From positions 1 through 59,145 of IMG/VR virus record IMGVR_UViG_3300017722_002103: a DNA stretch of 59,145 nt. The stretch is one strand, 5' to 3'. The translations under genes and the position numbers were made by a program. The stretch comes from a virus. Taxonomy: Duplodnaviria > Caudoviricetes. Shown here piece by piece: positions 30,301-38,092 of this stretch; position 1 is the stretch's first letter; each line of letters opens with the position of its first letter. The notes beneath the pieces were generated by a model. That model made no database searches. It saw only the letters and a program-made list of their open reading frames with translations, and was not told where the DNA came from.

Positions 30301-30581
30301 CTACGATCAATCCGACGCTTGATAACTTAACAGCGTCAGTAAGCAGCATCACCAACGGCACCGCCCCTTATTCGTATCTTTGGGCGTTCGAGGTACTTGA
30401 GGAAGGCGTGGGAGAACCGACGCTTTCTGGAACGACAACCTCAACCTGCACAATTAACAAGTCGGGCGCGCTTGGCGCAAACCAGTCGTATATTGGCTTC
30501 GTTTCCTGCACCATTACCGACGCCAACAACAAACAGGTGACCAAGTATTTCAAATTTTCTCGAATTTCTAACTCGCAATAA
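24387..30581 (+). CDS. central tail tip / host-specificity protein (gpJ-like) with repeat-rich fiber extension
   Basis: N-terminal hub (GAKLYDRRKDST, ANVCDE, QKRYRANG, ELERGD); about 14 SLGQAATIAGQG repeats interleaved with three globular inserts; VSSLSAISANLG triple-beta motif near the C-terminus. Confidence 0.85.
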   Translation: MPQAIPAIAALALHAVEGVAWVNKLAQALTVVAASQAVDAVVKNNSKPREQGGLINLELNPSPPRRLVIGKRAVGGTLVDWYLGSTNNTKLYLPIYISEGPCGTITKVWAGGRVVWSTPLVHGVRTAIPDFRSGGDRVWLTYYDGRVGQTADATLVALGQGWTSANKMTGCAYVVVELQWDSDNLRTPPAFVFEHEGAKLYDRRKDSTAGGSGLHRLTDPSTWELGDSEGANPMVSLDHFQLGRFWNGQRVFGIGMPSKFVPYDKFAAQANVCDENVAKKAGGTQKRYRANGVITANEAWDEIVKRHCTAMCAQPADFGGRVGVIGIEARTPVMDISDDEVVDMASEVYIPKRTFGNLVGVVRGKYQEPEQVYQPVPYAEVNDPAWDTQDAAEPREFNFDLDFETNSERAERLATLKAKYERRQATLTGVYPYNTIELERGDWFVRSGAAGSRFGVTGKTFEVMERIFDPETFTVTINAQEVDPADSAWNESLAADPPPAPLSSTAALSAIQVPAITVTAISLTGTLSSVPALRVAWTAPTDPRVRFLYVEVENTDGTTPKTAKTVAIPSDANFIVISEGVADGEEYGVSAKFLSDTLQSEWCIAAIVFSSGAFATGAASSVPWSGVTGAGKPEDNATVGGTFGVNIRETAGGATALLSAFKTILGQAATITSQGAFATVNTAAYGSGLLTGFGSLAALAFTTFGTNVRRADGTTIVTDALAITSLGQAATIAGQGALATLAQVNLGVSGRVYRDDGVTRLTDAIAVTSLGQAATIASQGALATLGQVNLGVSGRVYRDDGTTRLTDAIAVTSLGQAATIAGQGAFATISSAAYGSGLLTGFGSLAALAFTTFGTNVRRADGTTIVTDALAITSLGQAATIAGQGSLATQNLVSSALLAAGVGKNAMYDTRFALDFANNFRGTAQSGTPTFTTATSASGVEYLQLTGAGVTVGNIITIDDYPRRALFPVKAGEIVEAHGLIGGANCSAFFARITWRDAASVFLSVSTGSSVASPGAGGGDVSTYTKVGVIAAAPANAVYAQVEFIGTASTAAPQIRVARPFKTLAKAGQTEFSEWGPGIEAEVGADVTSANQAATITGQGALATLGQVNLGASGRVYRDDGTTRLTDALAVTSLGQAATIAGQGAFATVSSVANGSAFLTGFGGLSSLAFTTLGTNVRQSNQITIVTDATAITSLGQAATISGQGTGATANNLAGLNATDNANLNSALAGIRRIGDVSNFANDGLHWTTTFGGTPDAAADPVADGYFDVPDIGRVIRLSATAYLTKKSVFKPIEGRRYLQIVRLRAHTNPSSGVMTAALSNINGLDINYAHGPGVASATITPPNAIFQKASFVTADGWITLARVWVAGAASTYNAYWRLRLDITQTGAGGKVEVAAFDVLDVTDMPVGRSLADLFRADGTTALTDATVVTSLGQAATISGQGALATLNQTNLGASGRVYRDDGVTRLTDALAVTSLGQAATIAGQGALATKATIDSTALMGSQVVSYTALTTTAVRLGTNITRADGTTSVTDATAITSLGQAATIAGQGSFATLSSASRTGGLLTDFGSLAGLSNALGLQAGSITGQGWGATASEANASNAQIPLGENLLVNTDWQEGIDGWAQGWTGDSGLGVTQGMALSGWTGFVRTSYVTIAGTPAINTVADSLTQKTYANLADLRRYSPRVRVGDRLWVGSYAAGHRCRCVVIVCWFDENGAIISSIEVGRTTSDNTPGGFANGRLENAERIGSFITVPASTCYMQIIHRLVSVGGVADPYAFFGFPMVAKVSSVQTVAPAYVTGKADRYVDYTPENQAASFSGQAALATLSFVQLSSNVRLADGTTIATNALLVTSQGQAATIAGQGALATKNQAAADDINVSSLSAISANLGNITSGAIDLTANNYVVRHGAGFGASSDLVMWYGLASIARSSATKTNGVFTLATDGKVYFGASELTSSSPLNATMTEDYLAYHNTTINPTLDNLTASVSSITNGTAPYSYLWAFEVLEEGVGEPTLSGTTTSTCTINKSGALGANQSYIGFVSCTITDANNKQVTKYFKFSRISNSQ
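26433..26959 (+). repeat. 80-bp identical direct repeat pair (26433-26512 and 26880-26959) inside the tail-tip gene
   Basis: GCCGCTTATGGCTCTGGATTGTTGACCGGCTTCGG...GAACGAACGTTCG is read twice, 447 bp apart. Confidence 0.85.
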
Positions 30582-30671
30582 GGATTTCAGGGGCTGGCAA
30601 TCGAAACGCTTCTAGGCACGGGCGAAACACTTTAGCTCGTCATCAAACCAAAACCGAAAGAGGGCTTACCA

Positions 30672-30989
30672 ATGCCGAGTTATCCTACCGAAATCTGGCC
30701 GACGGCTAACAACGCGGGGAGCTACGTCCTGCCCGCGCGTCCGACCGAAATCCCCGAGGTCGAGTGGGCGGCGCTTGGCGAAAAACTTCTAGCGGCCCAT
30801 CTTCGCCCCTCTCCGGTCGATAAGATCGTCGGAACTTTTGACATTCTTCGGACGATCATCGATCACCTCGACGAAGACGGCTTGAACGTGCTGGCGTCGT
30901 GCGCGGAACAAATCACCGTCAATAGCTGGCATGGGAAGGCCATCGAAGCGCTGACGGTTCGCGACGCGGCCATCGCTCTTCTGGCCTAA
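30672..30989 (+). CDS. hypothetical protein (possible fiber chaperone)
   Basis: 105-aa ORF with GAGGG RBS and late motif upstream. Confidence 0.6.
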   Translation: MPSYPTEIWPTANNAGSYVLPARPTEIPEVEWAALGEKLLAAHLRPSPVDKIVGTFDILRTIIDHLDEDGLNVLASCAEQITVNSWHGKAIEALTVRDAAIALLA

Positions 30990-31054
30990 ACCCCTGCGAT
31001 TTGTGGACTAAAAAACGCTCTATCAGCATGGCGAAACACCTTACAGGTTTCGCC

Positions 31055-31798
31055 ATGCCTATGCTCAACATCCTTTCAGCAAGCACACAATTCGCAACCC
31101 GCGTCACGGTCGGCAACGCCCTGTCCGCTAAACAGGATCGCGCCGAAAATGCGCGACGCCTCGCCGATCTTATCAGCCTTCGCGCGGGCGACCCGCGTCC
31201 GCTCACGCGCGCCGATTATGTTCGCGTCGCCGAACGCTATGACGTCGAGCCTTGGAAAATTCACGGGGTCGTCGATCAGGAAGTGCCGAACGGAAGCGGC
31301 TTCGACACTGAAGGGCGAATGATCTGTGTCCCTGAATTGCATCAATGGTCGAAGCGAACGGCGTTTGCCTACGCGAAGAAATGTCCCGATCTACATCAGG
31401 ACAAATTCATTCAGCCTTCGCGCGTCCCGAAGGGGCATCCCTATCGGCTTGGCAATACCGATCGATGGGACGTGCTCGCGCGTATGGCCGCGCTCGACTT
31501 CGATCGCGCGCTTGAAAGCTCTTCGTTCGGCGCGTTTCAATTCATGGGATTTAACTGGAAGAAACTCTCCGGGCCTTCATACGAAAGCGTCTTCGATCTT
31601 GTGAAATACCTCTACACGGGACACCGCGCGCAACTCGACGTTATCGTTCGGCTATGGATCGCCGATGGCGGCTTCGAGCCGTTGCGTCGTGGCGATTGGG
31701 TTTCGTTCGCCAAGGTTCAGAATGGACCGGCTCGCGCTATCGCCTACGCTGGGGAGCTTCGCGAGAAAGCAGAAAGCCGAAGGAGCGTTTACGCATGA
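31055..31798 (+). CDS. endolysin, N-acetylmuramidase (DUF3380-like)
   Basis: VVDQE...SGF, ELH, ALESSSFGAFQFMGFNW, DWVSFAKVQNGP motifs. Start is uncertain (31055/31061). Confidence 0.85.
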   Translation: MPMLNILSASTQFATRVTVGNALSAKQDRAENARRLADLISLRAGDPRPLTRADYVRVAERYDVEPWKIHGVVDQEVPNGSGFDTEGRMICVPELHQWSKRTAFAYAKKCPDLHQDKFIQPSRVPKGHPYRLGNTDRWDVLARMAALDFDRALESSSFGAFQFMGFNWKKLSGPSYESVFDLVKYLYTGHRAQLDVIVRLWIADGGFEPLRRGDWVSFAKVQNGPARAIAYAGELREKAESRRSVYA

Positions 31799-32340
31799 TT
31801 TCGAAGATCGGAATTGTCGCGACAGTGACGGCGGTCGCCGCCTCTTTCACGATCGGACTGTCGATCGGCTGGAAGTTTCTAGGATGGCCGCAGGGCTTCG
31901 CAGCCGGGCAGGAAGCCTTGAAGGCGCATTACGAAGCGTTGCACAAGGTCGCCGTGACGACGATGCGAGACAAGCAGCAATGCGTGCAACAGGTCGACAA
32001 AGTGAACGATGAGGTCGTCAGGCAGCGCGAAGAAAATCGGATAATCCTTGTCGAAGATCGCGCGGCGACAAAGGTCGCGATCGAAAAATTCGAGAAGGCG
32101 GCAGAGCGCGCGGCGGTCAACGCTCAAACGACGCAAATCAACATTTCGGAGGCTCGACTTGAACTTGTCAAAATCAAAGATGCTTGCCTTAGCGCTGGCG
32201 TTCCTGCCGATTATTTCAGCTTGCTCAACCGCGCCTTGGGAACCGACGCCGCTCCCGCCCTTGCCAGTGATAGCGCAATGCCCGGAGGCGAGGCCGATCG
32301 TGGATCGCAGTTTCAAAGTGCAGCCGCCCCTATGCGTTAA
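31795..32340 (+). CDS. inner-membrane spanin (Rz-like)
   Basis: N-terminal TM followed by coiled coil; ATGA overlap with the endolysin. Confidence 0.7.
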   Translation: MISKIGIVATVTAVAASFTIGLSIGWKFLGWPQGFAAGQEALKAHYEALHKVAVTTMRDKQQCVQQVDKVNDEVVRQREENRIILVEDRAATKVAIEKFEKAAERAAVNAQTTQINISEARLELVKIKDACLSAGVPADYFSLLNRALGTDAAPALASDSAMPGGEADRGSQFQSAAAPMR

Positions 32341-32512
32341 GGCGCGTCAGGTTTTCCGCTTCACATGCACGCCCGACCCGGCGCGCGCGGGATACTGCAA
32401 GCAGACATATGCGGACTTGGGTTTGTCGTCTGTCGAGAAGATCGCCGACGATCGGACTTGTCTGAAGTTGCTCGACGAATGGATCGCGGGCGAGCGGGCG
32501 GCGCGAGAGTAG
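32180..32512 (+). CDS. outer-membrane spanin lipoprotein (Rz1-like), overlapping the i-spanin
   Basis: MLALALAFLPIISA-C lipobox followed by a Pro-rich segment, in an alternative frame inside the i-spanin 3' end. Confidence 0.75.
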   Translation: MLALALAFLPIISACSTAPWEPTPLPPLPVIAQCPEARPIVDRSFKVQPPLCVKARQVFRFTCTPDPARAGYCKQTYADLGLSSVEKIADDRTCLKLLDEWIAGERAARE

Positions 32513-32521
32513 GGGGGTACT

Positions 32522-33604
32522 ATGGACGGGAATAACATGCTTGCGGATGCAGCGGCGCGCAAGGCAGCGGATCGCGCTGCGGCGGCGACGTTCCCGGCCA
32601 AGGTCAAACGCTTTTGCGGATCGGTCTGGAACGGCACGCCGTCAGCTATCCGCGCGCTCTTCCTGTTCGTTTTCTACAGTGTCGCGCTTGGCTTCCTAGG
32701 CGTGCTGACCTTTTGGGAATTGCGCAACGCGGGATCTGGTTACTCGCTGATTTTCGCGGGCTGGGGCGGGCCGCTCGCATTCTGGGGCGGCGTCGCGGTC
32801 GCGGGCTGGTACATGTTCAGCCATCGTCAGCACAAGGAAAGCGACGAACACATCGAAGAGCTTCAGACGGCAGAGGCGATAGCCCTGCACGAACAAAACG
32901 CGATGAAGCTCGACGACATCCGGCGCAAGTCAAAGAAGGCGCGCGAGCAATCGCGGCGCTGGCTGGCGTCGACATTTCTTTGCGGTCTGGTCACGCTCTT
33001 CGGCGTCTTCTCTAACCTCGTTTCGCACGCGTCTATGGACACCGCAGCGGCGATCGAAATCGATGAAAACCGCGCCGAGCTTCGCCGCGAAATCTCGCGC
33101 ATGAAGCGCGAGCACGGCGTCATGCCGAAGCCCGAAGGCGTCGAGTTTACGAGAGAAACTTTGGCCGCATACGAAGCCGAAGCGGCTGGCTGGAAAATGT
33201 CGGACCTTAAACCGGACGGCGCTTGTCTCGCCGATCTGCGAAAGCGTCAGCGCGACTTGTGCAACCTCGCCGCCGACATCCGCGCCGAACTTATCGAGGC
33301 GGACGAAATGCAGGCGGCGGTCGACGCGAAGCTCGCCGAAATCGCCAAGGCTGAAAAAGAACTCGAAGCAATGCAGCCGGTCGCGGGCTCTAAGCACTAT
33401 GAAAAAATGTCTGAACTTGTGATGTCGATCCCCGGCACGCCTGCCGATTGGGATCGCGCGAGCGTGGCTTCGTCAATTCAGGTTTGGGGCGTGCTGATCT
33501 TGGCGATCGTCGGGCTCTACATTTGCGCTGTCGGCTGGCACAGCGTCGGCGAGAAAATTCAAGAGCTTCAAAAACCGAAACCGGCTATCATCGGCAAACC
33601 ATGA
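32522..33604 (+). CDS. multi-pass membrane protein with long coiled coil
   Basis: Three N-terminal hydrophobic segments, coiled coil and a C-terminal TM. Confidence 0.65.
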   Translation: MDGNNMLADAAARKAADRAAAATFPAKVKRFCGSVWNGTPSAIRALFLFVFYSVALGFLGVLTFWELRNAGSGYSLIFAGWGGPLAFWGGVAVAGWYMFSHRQHKESDEHIEELQTAEAIALHEQNAMKLDDIRRKSKKAREQSRRWLASTFLCGLVTLFGVFSNLVSHASMDTAAAIEIDENRAELRREISRMKREHGVMPKPEGVEFTRETLAAYEAEAAGWKMSDLKPDGACLADLRKRQRDLCNLAADIRAELIEADEMQAAVDAKLAEIAKAEKELEAMQPVAGSKHYEKMSELVMSIPGTPADWDRASVASSIQVWGVLILAIVGLYICAVGWHSVGEKIQELQKPKPAIIGKP

Positions 33605-33638
33605 TGCGGCTAGGGGCGAAGTCGAAGGAGCGAAAACG

Positions 33639-33944
33639 ATGATCGACGGAATTTCGATTATGACGATTGCAGCCGCAGCCATTGTCGGCTGGCTTTTGTG
33701 CGTCGTGAACAAGCGTGTCTTTTGGGGCTGGAAAATCATCGCCCCGCTCGCGGTCATGTACCTGTCGGGCTACCTGTTCTTTGCGTTGATCGGGCCGGGC
33801 TCAAGCATGGTTCTATGGTCTGGTATCGAAATGGATCGCGTGACGCTCGCGCTTTCGCTGTTGCCCGTTTTCGTCTGGCCTATGGAATTCCGATCGATCC
33901 GCCTGTTTCGTGATGGCGGGAGCGGGGGCGTCAGTGCGATATGA
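33639..33944 (+). CDS. small multi-TM protein, holin candidate
   Basis: About three hydrophobic segments, near the lysis genes. Confidence 0.5.
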   Translation: MIDGISIMTIAAAAIVGWLLCVVNKRVFWGWKIIAPLAVMYLSGYLFFALIGPGSSMVLWSGIEMDRVTLALSLLPVFVWPMEFRSIRLFRDGGSGGVSAI

Positions 33945-34339
33945 GGGCGAACTTTCTTGCACTGGCAGGCGTTACCGGAGGGCTTGCGCTAATGGTTACT
34001 GACGATCCCGCAATCGCGGCTGTTCAGGCCGAACTTGAACGCGCCCTTCCGATGATCAAGGGGGCGCAAGCCAGCATCGAAGGGATCGTCGGCGGGCCGG
34101 TCGGCGCTCAAACCGTTCTAATCGCGTTGTTCATTGTTTTCTGCGGTCGGGGCTTGCTCACGATCGCCGACAAGCTTCTGACGTTCTACCTCGAAGAGAA
34201 GCGAGCGGCTCGCGTTGAGCGCCAGAGGGTCGCTGACGATCAACGCGCCTATTTGCAGGGGCAGACTACCCGCGCACAAGAAATCGCCGCCACGGGGCTC
34301 CGCAGCGGCGCTATCAGGCCATTAGGCAGGATGGGTTAG
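33941..34339 (+). CDS. membrane protein, holin/antiholin candidate
   Basis: Two hydrophobic segments and a charged C-terminus; last late gene. Confidence 0.5.
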   Translation: MRANFLALAGVTGGLALMVTDDPAIAAVQAELERALPMIKGAQASIEGIVGGPVGAQTVLIALFIVFCGRGLLTIADKLLTFYLEEKRAARVERQRVADDQRAYLQGQTTRAQEIAATGLRSGAIRPLGRMG

Positions 34340-34701
34340 GGCGATCGCCCGGCGTGCTGGCGTTTGAACTCTTGCAGGGCGGCGGGCGTGAGCCGGGCTC
34401 CCCACGCTTGCGCCCCGAAGGGGCCGACCATGCAGACTTCGGAATTCAACTCGACGACGCCGCCCGCGACAAGCGCTTCGGCGATGCCTCTATTTTCGCT
34501 CCACGTCTTCAGCCATACGCATCCCGGCGCAGGCCGGGGGTAGCCTGCCTCGACAAGCGCCGTCGTCGCCACGCCTAGGCGCTCGCCCGGAAACGAATTC
34601 GGGTCTTCGTCGCCTTCGCGATCGACGATCATGATTGCGATTTCCCCGGAGGGGTACAGGGCGAAGTCGATCGCGGACAGGGGGATTGGCGCGCGCGTCA
34701 T
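34336..34701 (-). CDS. hypothetical phage protein
   Basis: ATG 34701 with GGGG RBS; ...VWLKTWSENRGIAEALVAGGVV motif. Confidence 0.65.
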   Translation of the reverse strand: MTRAPIPLSAIDFALYPSGEIAIMIVDREGDEDPNSFPGERLGVATTALVEAGYPRPAPGCVWLKTWSENRGIAEALVAGGVVELNSEVCMVGPFGAQAWGARLTPAALQEFKRQHAGRSP

Positions 34702-34865
34702 GACTTCGCCCCCCGGAGCTTTATGCACGTCGAGCGGACAAGATTGATGGTCTGGCGCGGGCGAAGATGCGACGTCAGGTCGAACGCCGCTACCTCCGCA
34801 GAGCGCGACAGGTGGGCGGTCAGGTCGAACGCCGGGCGCGTAAGGGCGATGGCTTCGCGGATCAT
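34698..34865 (-). CDS. small hypothetical protein with internal AFDLT.HL duplication
   Basis: Overlaps both neighbours by ATGA; GAGG RBS. Confidence 0.45.
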   Translation of the reverse strand: MIREAIALTRPAFDLTAHLSRSAEVAAFDLTSHLRPRQTINLVRSTCIKLRGAKS

Positions 34866-35053
34866 GATTGAGCCTCGCCGGTCAGCGTGACGCGGTAAGT
34901 TCGCCCGTCGATCGTGGCGAAGAACCCGTCGCCGCGCGGGACGCAAACGCGCCAGCGTTTGTCGAACCGGAAGATCACGCGCCCCCGGATATCGCGTCGG
35001 GCTTGGCAGGTCGTCGGCGGTTCACGTCCGCCCCATTCGATCGTCGCTTTCAT
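34862..35053 (-). CDS. small early protein
   Basis: AAGGAAGCTCAA directly before the ATG. Confidence 0.65.
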   Translation of the reverse strand: MKATIEWGGREPPTTCQARRDIRGRVIFRFDKRWRVCVPRGDGFFATIDGRTYRVTLTGEAQS

Positions 35054-35111
35054 TTGAGCTTCCTTCGTTGTGAGAGTTGACCCGGCGCACGAAGCGCCGG
35101 GTCTGTTCTTC

Positions 35112-35399
35112 CTAGTCGCGTCCGAAAAATTCGAGATTGAACCAGTGACCGCTGTCGCTGCATTCGACGAAGCCGCTGTTATCGCCGACGCAAAAGATCA
35201 CTTCCTTTTCATTCCAGAAAACTTCAGAGCGCTTGGCGTCGCCGCAAAGGCGAGCAAGCATATTGTTCAACAGGCGGCAAGTTTCGTTCGCCGCTTCGTT
35301 CCGGGCTTCCGGGGTTTTAAAATCCTTGATCGAAGGGTATTCCCATTCGATCCATACGCGACGTTGCGCGCCGGGCTTGAGAGGGTAGGTTTTCGACAT
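35112..35399 (-). CDS. early cassette protein
   Basis: Preceded by palindrome 35456-35471 and AGGAAGCTCAA. Confidence 0.7.
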   Translation of the reverse strand: MSKTYPLKPGAQRRVWIEWEYPSIKDFKTPEARNEAANETCRLLNNMLARLCGDAKRSEVFWNEKEVIFCVGDNSGFVECSDSGHWFNLEFFGRD

Positions 35400-35480
35400 T
35401 TGAGCTTCCTTTTCTGCATCGATCGAACTTCGACCGATGAAAGCATTTTATCACATGCTCAAAAATAAGCAAGGCCGTTT

Positions 35481-35783
35481 TTAGAAGGGGATGTCGGTGT
35501 CGACGTCATAAGCGATCTTGAAAGGGCTTGCCGCTTCATCGGCTTCGACTTGCGTGACGTCGTCACCTTCGACCGGCTGTCCGTCGCCGTAGCAATCGCC
35601 GTCGTCTTCGGGATGGCGCTGGGGCGGGCCGGAATAAAACGGGTTCGGATACCAGACATCCCGATCCGTCAGAACCCAAGCGCAACCGGGGCGGGCCGAT
35701 CCTAGTTCGTAAGCGGCGTGACGATCCAATTCGGCTTCGGACGGGATGTAAAAATCGCGCTCTTCCTGTTCTTGAATATACAC
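35481..35783 (-). CDS. acidic early protein
   Basis: GTG start after AGGAAGCTCG; AWVLTDRDVWYPNPFYSGPPQRHPE; ends in DIPF. Confidence 0.7.
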   Translation of the reverse strand: MYIQEQEERDFYIPSEAELDRHAAYELGSARPGCAWVLTDRDVWYPNPFYSGPPQRHPEDDGDCYGDGQPVEGDDVTQVEADEAASPFKIAYDVDTDIPF

Positions 35784-35807
35784 TTTCGAGCTTCCTTTTT
35801 TCTGAGG

Positions 35808-36020
35808 TTAGAGGCGGACGACAAAGCCGGGCTTGCCTTCGAAGTAGCGCGCCTCGCGTTCAGCGGCTTCGCGGCTCCCGTGCTTGCGACTGTCGCCGAC
35901 GATGTGACCGTTGAAAGTGATTTGCCATTGCTCCCAACGGCTCGCGACTTTCACGACGCTCACGACATCGGGCGCGGCCCGGTCGGCATACATGGCAAGG
36001 ATTTGATCTGCGGTTTTCAT
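35808..36020 (-). CDS. small early protein
   Basis: ATG 36020 after AGGAAGCTCG. Confidence 0.65.
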   Translation of the reverse strand: MKTADQILAMYADRAAPDVVSVVKVASRWEQWQITFNGHIVGDSRKHGSREAAEREARYFEGKPGFVVRL

Positions 36021-36031
36021 CTTCGAGCTTC

Positions 36032-36196
36032 CTATTTGCTGTTGAGTTTTTCGAACGTGCGAACGATTTCGCGGCGCATGCCGGGCGAGAGGCTTTCCCA
36101 TTCCGCCGACGTTCCCTTGAACGCGCTGGCCGGAACCGCCGAAAGCGGGGCGGGAGCCGGGGCCTTGTAAGACCAGAAATTCGCGGGCGTTTTCAT
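36032..36196 (-). CDS. small early protein (54 aa; not in the ORF track)
   Basis: Hand-translated MKTPANFWSYKAPAPAPLSAVPASAFKGTSAEWESLSPGMRREIVRTFEKLNSK; follows palindrome 36241-36256 and AGGAAGCTCAA. Confidence 0.65.
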   Translation of the reverse strand: MKTPANFWSYKAPAPAPLSAVPASAFKGTSAEWESLSPGMRREIVRTFEKLNSK

Positions 36197-36294
36197 TTGA
36201 GCTTCCTGTTTTCGTCTTTCGATGAAACCGTTCTAAAGCATGCTCAAATTTAAGCAAGGGGGTCGTCGAAGGTTTTTTCGCCGACCCTTTCGCC

Positions 36295-36582
36295 CTAGGC
36301 GGCGAGCGCCAAGGCTTCATCGATGTCGGCGAGAATTTGCGCATTCACTTCCGGCTGAATGCAGCCGCAGATGAAGTTTTGCGAATTCTTGTAAGCGTTC
36401 ACGCTCACATAGTTCGGGCCGACGTTGATATAAACTTGCCAGCCTTCGACGTCTTCGACGGCGATCCGTCCGCTGTCAGCTTCGGACCATTCGCGGAGCT
36501 TCGTCAGGACAAGGGCGGGGCGGGCGGCGACGATCTGGCGCTTGACGCCATCAGTCGAAAGAAGAAAAGCGATGTCGGACAT
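36295..36582 (-). CDS. early cassette protein
   Basis: ATG 36582 after palindrome 36641-36656 and AGGAAGCTCAAAA. Confidence 0.7.
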   Translation of the reverse strand: MSDIAFLLSTDGVKRQIVAARPALVLTKLREWSEADSGRIAVEDVEGWQVYINVGPNYVSVNAYKNSQNFICGCIQPEVNAQILADIDEALALAA

Positions 36583-36694
36583 TTTTGAGCTTCCTGTTTT
36601 TTTCGATCGATCGTCGATCGATGAAACCGTTCTAAACGGCTGTTCAAATTTAAGCAATAGGGGCAGCGAAACTTTTTTCGCCGCCCCGATCGCC

Positions 36695-37729
36695 TTAAGC
36701 GGCCATCGCCATAACCGCGCGGGTCGCTAACAGCTTGCGGTGAGCGCCCGCACCGAAGAGCCCGGAGGCTTGGCGGGCATCATTGCTGCGGCCCGAAACG
36801 TGGTCTTCGTAGTGCGTCACCGCGTTGAGCAAGCCCCAAGCCGTTCCGGGTTCCGCGCCGGGGGCGAGGTTCAAACTTTCGAGCAGCTTTTGCAGCGTCG
36901 GCGTTTTGTGTTTCTCGAAGTCGGCTTTCAGGTCTTTCACTTCGATTTTCGGGGCGTAGATCGGCGCGATCACGTTCAAGACGATGTCGTTCGTGATCCC
37001 GATTTTTTTCAGTTGGTTCGCGATCTTCGCAAACCTGCCGAACCTGTCGCGAGCGAGCCCGATCATTTCTTGAGCTTCGTCCATCGCCGCTTCGTCAAAC
37101 TCGCGATAATGCGTCATCTTGAAGGTTCCCGCCTCATCTTTCGCGTTCGTCGATCCCCAATCCGCACCGAGCGCGATCGACAGCTTGTTCGCGCATTCGA
37201 CCCGCACGTTCGTCTGTTTCAAGACGAAGGCGTTTCCGACTTCATGAGCGTTCGCCGCCATCACGTAAGACTTCAGCACGTCGCCGTCCGCTAGCGTGTG
37301 ATCAGACTTCGCGCCCAAGTGAGCGAGGGCGAACACGATCTTCCCGCCGCGAAGAGCGCCCGCCGCCTCCATCTTCATGTCGCCCGCTTTCACGAACTGA
37401 TCGAAGAACTTGAAGACGTCGCGGTTCTGGACGGGCTTCCACTGCTTCGAACTGAAATCGAAGAAAGCCTGATCCGTCGTGCGAACGAGCGCTTGGCGCT
37501 CAGGGACTTCGACGAACTCGCCCTTCGAATTCTTTGTGTAAGCCTGTTGCAACTCGACTTCCCAATCGAGCCCGGCGACCTTCATCATTTCATCGGCTGA
37601 AAGGTCGTCGCCGACGAACGTGCCAAGGCCATGCCACGGAACCTTACCAACTTCGTCGCCCCAATACGCGCCGCGTTCTGCGCCAGCTTTGCTGACGTGG
37701 AACGCAGCCGTTTCAATTGCGTGAGCCAT
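36695..37729 (-). CDS. DUF932 family protein (phage/plasmid-like)
   Basis: MAHAIE...PWHGLG...AGLDWEV, PVQN...F.FF, GALRGG, TNVRVECAN, GTAWGLLNAVT.Y.DH motifs; GGGAAGCTC RBS. Confidence 0.85.
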   Translation of the reverse strand: MAHAIETAAFHVSKAGAERGAYWGDEVGKVPWHGLGTFVGDDLSADEMMKVAGLDWEVELQQAYTKNSKGEFVEVPERQALVRTTDQAFFDFSSKQWKPVQNRDVFKFFDQFVKAGDMKMEAAGALRGGKIVFALAHLGAKSDHTLADGDVLKSYVMAANAHEVGNAFVLKQTNVRVECANKLSIALGADWGSTNAKDEAGTFKMTHYREFDEAAMDEAQEMIGLARDRFGRFAKIANQLKKIGITNDIVLNVIAPIYAPKIEVKDLKADFEKHKTPTLQKLLESLNLAPGAEPGTAWGLLNAVTHYEDHVSGRSNDARQASGLFGAGAHRKLLATRAVMAMAA

Positions 37730-38092
37730 TCTAGAGCTTCCCTTGTTTAGACGAAACCATTTCGTCTCTTGACCACGGTATGAACGAAACCGTTTCGGGA
37801 TGCAAGTGGTGGGTCGTATAAATTTATACGATTTTTTCAGGCGACATAAATGAACCAGAGAAACGGAAGCAGGAATTCGAGGATCGCGAAAACAACTGCG
37901 ACGCCCATCAACAGGCCAATTCCCACGCAAAGCGGAAGCCGCTGGTTAAGCCATTCCGACATGTTAGAAGCCTCCCAAGCTTGAGCCGAAGCTATACGGA
38001 TTTCTTTCGTATGAAAGCGGCGACGGCTCAAGCTTGTGGAAAACTTTCCGGGTCGGTTGACGGCTCGCCCTTATTCGTATGGAGCTACGCGA

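Larger units (their letters stand above)
4059..31043 (+). promoter_or_regulatory. repeated late-gene motif GCGAAACACCTTA
   Basis: Intergenic copies at 8348, 9258, 12058, 18132, 30622 (CACTTTA) and 31031, plus variants at 4059 and 1127; each lies upstream of a structural/lysis gene start. Confidence 0.75.
35456..36656 (-). promoter_or_regulatory. leftward copies of the same early operator/promoter element
   Basis: 35456-35471, 36241-36256 and 36641-36656. On the minus strand each reads TTGCTTA.WTTTGA(G/A)CA...TTTCATCG...AGGAAGCTCAA ATG. Confidence 0.8.
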
